64,000 nt of DNA from Marsupella aquatica (taxonomy: Eukaryota; Plantae; Marchantiophyta): contig OZ316892.1 of assembly GCA_973895155.1 (NCBI GenBank), forward strand, positions 11,782,238 through 11,846,237, given 5' to 3'. A program made the translations under genes and the position numbers. Positions within the stretch are counted from its first letter, which is position 1, and each line of letters opens with the position of its first letter. Shown here in pieces: positions 24,288 to 35,260 of this stretch. The notes under the pieces were generated by a model that saw only the letters and a list, made by a program, of their open reading frames with translations, ran no database searches and was not told the DNA's origin.

Positions 24288-24645
24288 ATAAAAGGCGTAA
24301 GAGAAACAATTGTACTGAAATTGAATCGAAAACCGGCAAGATACCAAGATCGGCCGGGAGCATCTAACGAATCACTGTGTGAATCCCGTGTATGGAACCG
24401 ACGAGCACTGTCTGAGCTCTGTCAACAGCGATTCAAGAAGAACTGAAAACCCACAAAGAAAGACATGCCCTAAGCAAGCAAAGTCCTGGCGTCACACTAA
24501 CAAGCACATTTGCTTCAAGAACGGCCCAGACTTGCTACAAGAACATGTCGCTAACTCAGGTAGTACACTAACCCTAACTACATACCTAGGGGGTAGGCGA
24601 GGGACATGCCGATGTGCATAAGAGGCACTGTCCCTCGGCATGACA
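24288..24645 (-). repeat. 5' terminal repeat of the Gypsy (segment B only)
   Basis: 358-bp direct repeat of 14837-15194 with about 11 substitutions; no A segment next to it. Confidence 0.93.
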
Positions 24646-24649
24646 CTGC

Positions 24650-24856
24650 AGTGTTGACAGCTTCAGCCCAAAACTCATGTGGTAAGCATGATTGACTCAA
24701 CATACTCCTCGAGCGGTCCAATAGTGTTCGGTTGAGTCTCTCAAAAATACCATTCTGCTAAGGAGTATAACTTGTTGTGAGATGGTAGGTAATCCCCTGC
24801 TCCTTATAATACGTTCCAAATTCCCCGGAACTATATTCACCGCCGTTATCCGATCA
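24650..24856 (-). pseudogene. Copia integrase core fragment between the two nested insertions
   Basis: L*SDNGGEY ... FWAEAVNTA. It rejoins AYLVN at 14656 once the Gypsy and one TSD copy are removed. Confidence 0.9.
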
Positions 24857-25972
24857 AAGATTGTCACTTGCCTCTCCAACGGTTAATACGTGCAAACCGC
24901 ACTTTTCTTCGCTTAAACCGTTGGTATCGTATTACGGGGTCGTGGAGGGACGCTATTTGGATTCTTTTCACACCAGGATGAGTATTTTGGTTTCCGCTCC
25001 CGGAAATGTAGGTTTTGATCAAGTCTACCGACTACCCTCACCCCACAGCTTTTGATCAAGTCCTGCCGACTACCCCACTACACCTTCACTCGGAGTCACC
25101 CAAAGAGTGCTGTCACCACCCCTACTCACAAGGCCGACTCAAACCAAGCAAGTTTCTTCAAATCATAGAACGGGAGAACACAATTCGGAAAGCGAAAAAG
25201 GGAGAAGGAACACACAACAAAAGCCCATCAAGTCAAATGTACAGATCCATATCTCTTGGGAAAAACGATACACATTGCATGAGTAACCCGGCCTCCTGCC
25301 GTCTACTCAACTCCTGCCTCTCCGGACAATGAGTATGGCTCCCCCTCACTACTCTGAACACGCTTTCAAACTCCTCAGGCTCCACTCTATCCCTCCTTGC
25401 TAACTTCACACTGAGTCCCCCTAACTACTTCGGGGCTATCCCCCTAAATACTGAAAAATCACACCAAAGCACCCCTCACAGGGTCACAACGGTGGCGGCT
25501 ACCCTAGCGGCGCCGCTAAAACCTTGCACTAAGAGAAATCCTTAAACTGAAGAGGAGCATGCGGCACACACATGCTGCTAAAACCCTAAACCCAAAACAA
25601 GGGGGCCGACGGTGCCTTCGACGGCGCCCCAACAGTACACGTGAACCCTGAAAGTGAGAGGCACCCCAAAATGGCCGAAACTAGGTGCCCTTCCAAGTGC
25701 ACACCTGAGCTCACCCCTGGATAGCTCTTCTTTTCCTGCTTCCGAATCACTAAGTCGCTCCCTCAACGGACTTCAGACGCCTGAGTTATGGCCGTTTCCG
25801 TACCGCAAAAACATAAGTTCTCCAGGCCATAACTTGCTCATCCTGGCTCCGTTTGAGGAGCGCCGCCTCTTGTTGGAATCAGCTCCGCGAGCTCATCCCA
25901 ACAAGCCCATGAGTGACCCCCCACTAAAATGTTGGAAATCTGGAGGCCGTACACCCACGTCCGTACGCCTAT

Positions 25973-27829
25973 CTAATCCTCCTCTTCTTCTTCGCTCTCG
26001 GTGCCCGGACTTGTGCCCCGTGAGTGGTCCTCCTCCTCATCACTCACGGGAGTGAGTGCCACCGTACTTTTCTTCTTCTTCGACGGAGTACTCTTAGTGC
26101 TGCTGCTCCCGCGCTTCCTCAAAGCAGCCAAGGCCTGCCACGCCTTGATGTACCCCTCACCAATTGTGTCCTTCCAGAGGGTAGCCTCTTCTCCGGACCG
26201 CAACTCCAACGGTAGAACTTGCCCCGTGGCCATGGGAGTCCCGGGGGTGACAGACCTGGGTGGCATCCCCGTACTGACCTGAGCCTCCCGTAACGATTTC
26301 CGTACCTCCCGGAGCTTCTTCTCCAAGCTCTTACTCTTCTCCTGACTCTTCTTGGCTCCATCCAACAAGGGTCCATACTTCCCACTAACCTCCTTCACCA
26401 CCATCTCGATAGCTTGGGAGATCACATCCGGGGAAAGTGTGGAGCCAGGTGTGCCGGGACTCTTCCGTTTCCCTAGACTCAGGGCCTCACTTCTCTTCGC
26501 TCGTGTCTCAAAGGCTGCCACCTGACTCCGTAGTGCTCCCACCTGGTTCCTCCACTCCATCACTTCTCCAGAATTTTGCTTCTCTTTGGCCAATGCTTGC
26601 CTCAACGCTCCTACTTCTTCTGCTTCCTTGGCCTTGGTGGACAAAGCTCCCTTCAAGTTGGTGATCTCTACGTGAGCTGCATTGATGTGCCTGACCTTCT
26701 CATGAATGGTCTGCTCCTTGGTCTTGATCACCTCCTTCAGTGACAGGATGCTCTGCTCTAACGTCTCTACTTTGACTGTGGCGTGCTTGAGAGACTCCCT
26801 CAATGCGTGGACTAGCTTGAGTCCCTCGTGGACTCCCTCTCTGAAATCCCGTAGCTCTGCCAAGTAAACATCCGGAATGTTGTATTCCAGAGGCTGTTTC
26901 GGATCTCCCACGAGTGATTCAAGCCACTCCAATGTGCAATCATCCTCCTGGTTCTCTTCTTCTCTATTATCCTCCCCACCAGCAGACAATGATTCCTCCG
27001 TGAGCTTCCCTAAAACGGTAGTGGCAATACTCCGGATCTCCGTGGTGAGAGATGATCCCGTGTCTTCATGCCCCGGAGAACCAATCAACCCTTCTGCCCT
27101 GGCCAATACAAATGACCCCATCAAATGTACAGCCCCACCTGGTTTCACACTCCCGGGCTCAGCGGCCAATAGCTTCTTCAATCCGTAGCACCACCATCCG
27201 TACACATGGGCTGGGTAGTTCTTGATGTCCATAGCTACCACGAAATGCTCCTCATTCAGCACTCCGGATTGCACGTTGCCAAGAACCCGTTGATGCACCT
27301 TGGCCAGGAAGCCCTTATACTCAACATCCTTGACAGCAGAAAGAGGGATGGCGGTGGTGGAGGTAGGATTGGTCACCCAAGTGGCCACCATTTTCAACGT
27401 GAGTTCTCCCCTGATATTCCGAGGTGTGAATGAGAATTTCTGATTCTCAAGAAACAATAGCTTAGCCAACTCCACATGGGGCACTACACGTTTGAGACAT
27501 TCAAAGTAGATTCCCTCCGTTCGGAACTCCATCCCGGCCTCAATGTCCCAGCTCTTCCCTGAAGGGATGGTAATCTCCACCTTCATGAATTCTGTAAGCC
27601 CGGTGGCTTGGAAAATGTTCCGACAATCCTCCATCACCTTGGTGGAGGTCTTGGGATAAATTCGACGAAAAATCTTCCTACCCACCGGTGAGGAACCCGC
27701 TGCCAATCCCGTGCTCATCATAACTTCTCTCTCTTCCCTTTCCCGTGTAATCCGAGTCTCCACGTAGTCACGGTAAGCAGCCTTGTATCTCCGAATGCGT
27801 GACGCACTAAACTCTGGTTGATCTAGCAT
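25973..27829 (-). CDS. TE-borne 618-aa protein: N-terminal globular region, acidic linker, long coiled coil, basic NLS-like tracts
   Basis: Intact ORF, highly similar to 7487-9340; GKRKSP and KKKKS motifs. No gag/pol motif recognised. Confidence 0.8.
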   Translation of the reverse strand: MLDQPEFSASRIRRYKAAYRDYVETRITREREEREVMMSTGLAAGSSPVGRKIFRRIYPKTSTKVMEDCRNIFQATGLTEFMKVEITIPSGKSWDIEAGMEFRTEGIYFECLKRVVPHVELAKLLFLENQKFSFTPRNIRGELTLKMVATWVTNPTSTTAIPLSAVKDVEYKGFLAKVHQRVLGNVQSGVLNEEHFVVAMDIKNYPAHVYGWWCYGLKKLLAAEPGSVKPGGAVHLMGSFVLARAEGLIGSPGHEDTGSSLTTEIRSIATTVLGKLTEESLSAGGEDNREEENQEDDCTLEWLESLVGDPKQPLEYNIPDVYLAELRDFREGVHEGLKLVHALRESLKHATVKVETLEQSILSLKEVIKTKEQTIHEKVRHINAAHVEITNLKGALSTKAKEAEEVGALRQALAKEKQNSGEVMEWRNQVGALRSQVAAFETRAKRSEALSLGKRKSPGTPGSTLSPDVISQAIEMVVKEVSGKYGPLLDGAKKSQEKSKSLEKKLREVRKSLREAQVSTGMPPRSVTPGTPMATGQVLPLELRSGEEATLWKDTIGEGYIKAWQALAALRKRGSSSTKSTPSKKKKSTVALTPVSDEEEDHSRGTSPGTESEEEEED

Positions 27830-28253
27830 CCATGCATCCCGAAATCAATTTCTCAATCACCAATCCCGTCACCCGTGGCAATGTCAATTCCCTGGCCCGA
27901 AACAGCCCCCGTAGCCCGATCACTTAAATTCTCTCAATTTCCCGTCACTACTCCGTGCGGCCGCCACTAATGCCTGGAAGAATGACGCCAGCAAGCCCCA
28001 CTAATCCACCATGAAAGAGAGAGCTTCAAAAATAATTAGAATCTGGAGAGAGCTTCCGGCAAGAGAGAGAAGAACCCCGTTTTTGCTTTCGGCAATGAGA
28101 GGGTCGTGCAAAAGGAAGAGGGAAAGAAAAAGGAAGGAAAAAAAAATAGAACCGAAAAAACTCCTGGCGCCTTCGCCATGCGCCCCGGCCCATTTCTCGG
28201 GCCTTACCCTTGCGTCCTCCTGCGCGCGGCCCTATGCAGGGCGCGCGGCCATT

Positions 28254-28530
28254 CCTCCCGGCTCGCGGGAGGCCCTTCAACTCCCCCCCGCTCGCGTGAT
28301 CCTCCCAGCTCGCGGGAGGCCCTTTAACTCCCCCCCGCTCGCGTGATCCTCCCAGCTCGCGGGAGGCCCTTTAACTCCCCCCCCCCGCTCGCTTGCGCTC
28401 CTTCAGCTCGCGGAGCCTCATTAATTGCCCGGGCACGCAGCCCTATGGGCTCGCGAGGCAGCCCCTTCAGCTCGCGGAGCCCCATTAATCGCCCGGGCAC
28501 GCAGCCCTATGGGCTCGCGAGGCAGCCCCT
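28254..28530. repeat. GC-rich tandem repeats (47 bp x3 and 64 bp x2) in the 4 kb element
   Basis: cctccc.gctcgcgggaggccc at 28254, 28301 and 28348; ttaat.gcccgggcacgcagccctatgggc at 28421 and 28485. Confidence 0.85.
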
Positions 28531-28895
28531 CTTTCTCTCGGACGGCCACTAATGGGACTCGCCCTCCTGAGGAGGGATTTATTTAAAAAAACCCCCCCCT
28601 CTCCTGACTTTGCAATGGGGGTCTCAACAATAGCTCTTGAAGCAAAACGGTAAGTCCTATGGGGCTGGTCCTGGCTAGTTTCAAGGTCCCAAAATATTTG
28701 CCCACTTAGGTCGCCGCAAATCTTAGAACTATTATGAGAGAAAGAATATAAAGTCACCTGGGGCATCATCAACCTATAATGACGGAATTAACTAAAAATT
28801 AAAAAATGGCTTATTTACATTGACTATTAACAAGGTATCGGCCTTTGCAACCAGTTATGTGTGACTTCCCGTGACGGGGTACCCGTCACAAAGAT

Positions 28896-30627
28896 ATCTC
28901 ATCTTATTACCAGTCTGATTCTCTACTTGGGCTTTCCACTCCTTAAAAGTGGCAAAAATATCAGACTTATTGTGTAAAAAGTATATCCACACATACCTTG
29001 AGTAATCGTCTATGAACATGACATAGTATAACCATCCAGAATGTGAGGGAGTAGGGGTTGGACCCCATACATCACTATGTACATACTCAAGTACCTCCTT
29101 GCTGGTGTGAGTTCCAACTCCGAAGGGTTTCCTGTGCTGCTTCCCTAGCACACAGTGCTCACAAAATTCCAACTTATATGATTGCAAATTAGAAAGTAAT
29201 CATTTCTTCTGAAGAATAACCAAACCTTTTTCACTCATGTGGCCCAAATGGAAGTGCCATAGCCGGGCCGTCTTCTCATGAGATAAGGTTACATTGGCTT
29301 CATCACAGACTACACTGCCCTCCAAAACGTATAGATTGCAATATCTCTTTCCCTTCAATACAACTTTAGTACCAGTTGAAACCTGAAGGACACCATTAGC
29401 AGAACTCCACTGATGGCCATTTGCTTCTAAAACTCCAAGTGAAATGATATTTTTCATCATGCTGGGAATATGTCTCACATTCCTCACCGTTCTCACAACA
29501 CCATCAAACATCTGAAATCTTACAGATCCAAGTCCCACAACTTGACATGGGATTCCATTTTCCATCAACACTGACCCGTTGGAAACCGTGTAAGAACTGA
29601 AACAATCTCTCCTAGAGCAAATGTGAAAAGTACATGCACTATCTAGAATCCAGTCATCACTACCTGGATTTGACACTACGTTGAGAGCATAACCTTGACA
29701 TCACAATATGTCATCATCATCGAGTAAATCTACCTCATGCAAGCTGGATGCCGCGTTAGCAGAGGCAGTAGGGACCTTTACTCGACAATCCCTTTTCATG
29801 TAGTCAGGCTTGCCGTAATTCCAACATGCAAGAGGCTTCCTCTCTTGCGATTTCCCTCTGGATTTAGATCTCCCTCATGATGTAGATCTAAACCTGTTCT
29901 GCCCATTCGTGCGCTGTGCTGCTCTTCCCCTGTTCACATTAAGCGCAGTGCGAGAAGAAGATGCTGTCTGTGATTGACCTAGCTTCTTCTGAGCATCATC
30001 AGACAGTAAAAAGCTCACCACCTCATTATATGAAATGGACTTCAGATCTCTATACAAGAGCACCTGTTTCAAGCCCTGATATGACGACGATAAGGAGCTT
30101 AGCAGAAGCAAGGCCTTATCCTCATCTTCAACTCCTTTTCCCAGGTTTGACAAATCCACCGCTAGATTGTCAAACTCATCCAGGTGATCCTGTATTTTGC
30201 TCCCTTCCTTGAGCTTGAGGTTCATCAAGAGAGACTTCTTGTACAGCCGGTCTGACGCATATTCTCGGTAGGACTTCTCTCATAGAGCCTTGAACAGACA
30301 CACGCAATCCGCATAATCATCCAGCTGCTTGATGATGTGCGGCTTGAGATATAGCATCACTACGTTGACAACAATCACCTGCTCTTGTCTCCATTGTCTC
30401 ACAGAAATCTCCTCCTCTCCATCATACTGCTCTCGCAAAGAGAGCAGATGAGCTAAGCCCATGGCCCGTAGAACACCCTTCACTTGCTTCTCCCAGAGCA
30501 AGTAATCAGTACGACCATCGTACTTCTCCACCTCAAACTTCACTCCTCCGAAACTAGCCATCTCCCTCTTCTTCCCTACTACTGACAGCTCTGGTAGTAG
30601 TACAGCTTCCTCCACTGTACGCCGCAC
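28896..30627 (-). pseudogene. Copia gag, protease and integrase N-terminus (broken)
   Basis: KFEVEKYDGRTDYLLW; degenerate zinc knuckle near 29790-29830; WILDSACTFHIC; HLGHMSEKGL..FCEHCVLGKQ; VHSDVWGP. Confidence 0.93.
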
Positions 30628-32447
30628 CAGTGATCGTACCGGTGTTACAAGTTCCTCCTCAAATGGTAGCAGCTCCTCCTCAGACTCACCGTCTGACCGT
30701 CGCGATTATGAAGCTTCACCGACGCCAATTCTTCCAGTATCCACTGAGTCACTCATATGAAACAATCACGAAAAAACGTCTTTTTTTCAAAACTTCTCAT
30801 AAAACTCAAAACTCAACACCGCCGCGTAGCCCACAAAGCTAGGAGTCCAATACTGAAATCCGAAATCAAAATCAAAATTCGACGGAAAAGTTATTCAAAT
30901 TTCGGTCGGGGTGGGTAAAACCTTGGGAAACTCCCCCGTTTTGACCACCTTGGAGAATAACCAAAATACCCAGTATAACCCATCGTCGGAATCGCGATGT
31001 GATCGGTGTGTCGCCTTGCCAACTTCAATGGCTACGTCCTCGCAAAAAAAGAACCAAAAAAGTTACCGTTCGGCGGACGGAATCTTTGTCGGACGGCCGA
31101 AAAACAGCTCTCTTTTTTTGGGAATATTTCCCGCACAGTACATCAGGTCTCACAGGGGGCCGTTCCCCCTGTCGGAGCGGTTAAAATGGCGGGTGACCTG
31201 TCCCGGGACAGCCACTAGCATCAAACCAAGGAAAAAACCAAAAATAGCCCTTAAAGGGGGCTTAAAGGCCCCTAAATGAAAATACATGTTAAAAAACGTG
31301 CATCCGCGTATGCGCGACGCGAGGCGGGCCAGGCAGGGTATAGGGAGGGCGTATGGTCGGGGCGAGGGTTTCCATGTACGCGTAAGGCCGGGCTCACGTA
31401 CAGGCGGCAGCAGCCGCATACAGGCAGCGCAGGGCCACGAGCCGGGAGGCCGTCGCCGGGGGCAGCAGCTACGAGGGAGGTTCGCGAGGCGGTGGCAGGG
31501 CAAGAAGGGGACGCGAGGAGGTGGGTCGGGCGGAGGGAGCCCCCCCTACGAGTGAGGGCAGGGAGGCTGCAGGGCGCGCGCCGGCCGGCGCTGCGGACCC
31601 CGCTTGGTGCGGTTGGGACCGGGGAGGAGAAATGTCGGGGTCTGGAAGGGGACCGGGGAAAAAAAAGAACTGGTACGCGGGGGGAGGCCGGTACGAGGTG
31701 TGTATACACCTCGTATACACACTAAAAAGGGCACAAAAAACCCCCTTTAAGACAAAAAATGACCCTTAATGAACAAATGCCGATTACTCACCTAATCAGT
31801 CGCTGTTTCTAATGAAGAAAGTGAACGCTGCCGACGGAAAAAGTTTCCGAATTTTACCGGCATAGTCTGCAGCTCCAGCAGAGTAAATAATTTCCGCCGT
31901 GTCTTCACTCCATGTCAAGTGCCAATCCTGGGCTCAAAATGATCGCCTCGCCGTGATCAATCCGTTGAGCCGTAGCACTTCGCGTTTCTTCCACTGAGTC
32001 GTAAGTCACGAAGGGAAACCCGGTTCAGATGTGAACAAGCTCCATAGCTTGTAAAAAAACCTGAACGTCCTTCACTCGTCACGACGCACTCGATAACAAC
32101 TCGGCAACAATCCAGCTACCGAAATGACCAGCTCGCTTCAACGTTCAACTTGAGGTATAATGTGCGATCCCTCTCGCACCACACAGCTCACACCATTGAA
32201 AAATGTGAACTCTGGTCTCTCCCCCAAAAACCCGTCGAACACGAATAAAACCTGAACGATACAAGCTTCGATTCCTCCGCACCACGGATACCGATCAACG
32301 AGTTCTAACCACCGTTAGAAAGCCCTCTCACTAACCTATCCGCTCAGCCACACACATTTGAGTTTCATGCGACGAAACTCCGAATGTACCATCGACAATG
32401 AACGCTGGAAAAACCTATCATGAAAAACCTCGTCACCTCCCAGGCAT

Positions 32448-32459
32448 GCTCTGATACCA
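32448..32459 (-). promoter_or_regulatory. Primer binding site (initiator tRNA-Met type)
   Basis: Minus-strand TGGTATCAGAGC, 2 nt inside the 5' LTR. Confidence 0.92.
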
Positions 32460-32461
32460 CT

Positions 32462-32805
32462 TGTTGAGCATAGACGACATTCGTAACGACAAGCCCATGA
32501 ACCATCCAACGCACAATAATCAACACAGAGAGATACGTGGTTCACCTCCACATGAGGCTATGTCCACGGGAACACACAAGAGCTTTATTGCACTCTAGGC
32601 CGACCGGCCATACCAAGCATCCACAGCACAAGCTCTCCCTATCTCTCAACTAGCTCCGTAACAATGAGCCTAAGTTTCACCAGGGTCTGGCATCAGCCCT
32701 GGCTATATGCACAACAGCACTACCGCTAACATTAGCTAAGTCCTAACCCGAATTAAACTAATTGTGGTTAGCTCATGAGTCACAAGACTAGAGCAATATC
32801 TAACA
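32462..32805 (-). repeat. Copia 5' LTR
   Basis: TG..CA termini, followed on the minus strand by the PBS; TSD TTAAT at 32806-32810. Confidence 0.97.
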
Positions 32806-34299
32806 TTAATGATATATAAGTGAGAGAATAATCAATGGACACATGACTCATTGGCTTGTTGTGTACAACTATATCTAAATTTTGAACTCTGCCCTTTGAC
32901 GAATGAAGTCAAAAGAAAATCTGAGCACTGCCACATATTAACAAGTTGGAGAACTAATAGAACAAAATGATATCTATCCAACCATTCTTCTACCCAAAAG
33001 TCTGAAAAACTAAATATGCTGGTATTGCTAAACAGAACTTAAAGGACTTCTAGCACATACTTTGTCTAATCTGCAATTGTGGAATATTTCCTGAAAGGCT
33101 GAAACTTAAGTACTGTAGCTCACTTATGGAGTGGAGAAGCTTTGGTTCTAAATGGTTGAAAATATTTTCTTAAAATGTGTTTGCTAGAATGTAGCTTTCT
33201 GTTGCTAGAGGAAACCACAGACTCTCAACTTGTATCATTGCAAATAGTATAAGCAAAACAATCAAGTTTGGTGATGCAAAGTACTCAATAGAGGTCACGA
33301 TAGTATCTTGGGCTGAAAAGAAGATAATGTCCTGCTTCCTTGGGCACTAAGAGTTGAGAAGTATTGGTACCCACTAAGTTAGCAGGTTGGAAATGCAGAA
33401 CTACATAAAAAATAGCTAGGGCCTTATCATGAATCCTCTGTCAAAACTACATTGTGGGAGGAGTTGTAAAAGTGGTAAAGAGAGCCTAACAGGGGTCACT
33501 GTATTTGTCAGCATGCAGCTCTATACAAGCATGCAGCTCTATACAACACTGTATCAACTCCCTGAAAACAAACTAAACCAACATTACATAAGTCAGATAA
33601 TTATTTGCAATTGAGAATGCTTACAACATTGTTAGCTTATGACAGCCTGGAATGCACCATAGCCACCATGGGTATAAATTGATCATTTCAATTCATTCGA
33701 CAAAACAAAAACCAATTCAAAGGTCCCCTAATTTCTACATATATGCCAATAATGCCCAAAATTACCTGCGCCATTGTTGGCTCAGGAATATCAAAATTAC
33801 CAATATCTAGAGAAGGGGCTCCAAAAGGTCAAGGAGTGTCAAGTTTGTCAGGCATTGAATGACATTATGGTACCCTAATGCTATGATAGACTTGTGATTG
33901 ACTGAACAACCCAAAGTACTTATTCTTAAATAGTTATGCAACTTGTTTTTCACTGATATTGCCATATCCCTTTTGGTGAAATGAATTATGTGTTCCAATC
34001 AAAATTTGGAAGACATTTTCATTTATGTCAAAATTACAATTGTAACTAAAGCGGTTACAAGTGAAACTTTCAGTCATTTCCTTCTTTGTATTAAAATTTT
34101 TTTGCATCCTGTTTTGACAGCATGGAGTCCCAATTTTTATGCAGAAAGCAGACAAATACAAATAGTCTTGTTTGTCTATGTACATGCTGATGTGGCACTC
34201 TCCCATACCAGGAATTTAGCACCCAACCCATTTCCAATAGCTCCCTTGTCGATGGGTAAAACCTCTCGTGTGCTTGTAATGTGATACTTCATTGAAGAG

Positions 34300-35260
34300 T
34301 CAGATCACGTACAATTTTATGAATTTCTCTGCCCTTCTTTTAAGGTCTACCTATGGCCTCAACCAAAGTATGATTTGAAATTTCTCCCTTATCTCTCAAT
34401 AAATCATTTGATGCTTGAGATTCTTTGAATTGTTTCTAAAAGATATTTCCAATGAGCCAAACATTGCCAGATTTAATCAAGTATTTAAGAGCTCACTTAT
34501 GAATTGTTCTACCATGCCTTGATAGTCTAGCTATGTCCTCAACAAAAAATTAAAATAACATCAAAATTTTCTTCTTTGTCTCTCCTAATTAGAATTCTTA
34601 ATTTTAAAAAATAGTACAAGATTTTCAATGACCTTATCATTGCTAGATTTCATCATGTTATAAAGAGCTCATAGATTTATGAATTGCTATGCAGATCCTT
34701 AAAATCTAGCAATGTTCTCAACAAAAGCCAATTTCAAATTTCTCCTTCATCTCTCAATGAAACCTTTTGTACATAAACAGTTAGAAAAGTTTAGTAATAG
34801 CTTTCTAGAGAGCCTAACACTAGTAGATTTTTTCAAGTACTAAGAAGATTATGAAATTTTCTATATTTCTTTACCTTTCCCAATCAGCCCCACATTAGAA
34901 GAGTTTATTAGGTATTACTGAGATCATAAGTTTACTAATATATCTAGCTTTCCAATGAGCCAAACATTGGCAGTTTAGTTAAACACTAAGGAGATAATGA
35001 GTTTATGATTTCTTTGGTTTTCCAAGGAACTTAACGTTGGACTTCATCAAGTATCATGAAGATCATCAATTTTTAATTTCATTAGCATTTCAATGAGTTT
35101 GTCATTCACAAATTTAGTCAAGTAATGCAAAGGTCATGAATTTCTTTAGCTTGTCAATGAATCTAACATTGCCAGATTTGGTCAAGTACTAAGGAGATTA
35201 TGAACTTTCCAATGAACATAACATTTATAGATTTTGTCAAGTAGTAAGGTGTCATGTATT
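34300..35260. repeat. Degenerate AT-rich minisatellite-like array
   Basis: Recurring ttccaatga.c.aacatt..cagattt..tcaagta.taa motif. Confidence 0.6.

Larger units (their letters stand above)
14661..24645 (-). mobile_element. Ty3/Gypsy retrotransposon encoding a DNA cytosine methyltransferase and a PHD finger, with split direct repeats
   Basis: Termini TGTCGTG...CATGACA with 4-bp TSD CTGC (14657-14660 / 24646-24649); removing it restores the host integrase frame. Order is gag-PR-DNMT-RT-RH-INT-PHD. Confidence 0.95.
24862..28890 (-). mobile_element. 4.0 kb TG..CA element (probable giant solo LTR), copy 2, inserted in the copia integrase
   Basis: 5-bp TSD AAGAT (24857-24861 / 28891-28895); same termini as 6107-10505 in reverse orientation. 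Confidence 0.88.
11928..32805 (-). mobile_element. Ty1/copia LTR retrotransposon (Tnt1/Tork-like), defective, with two nested insertions
   Basis: 344-bp LTRs at 11928-12271 and 32462-32805 (TG..CA), TSD TTAAT, PBS tggtatcagagc, PPT aagggggagtt. Gag-PR-INT-RT-RH order on the minus strand. Confidence 0.97.

Noticed and set aside
14661-24645. DIRS/Ngaro tyrosine-recombinase element, suggested by the split repeats and methyltransferase
   Set aside because: No recombinase ORF seen. It has an aspartic protease, an HHCC/DDE integrase, TG..CA ends and a TSD, and its MTase is C5-type rather than the adenine-MTase-like domain of DIRS.
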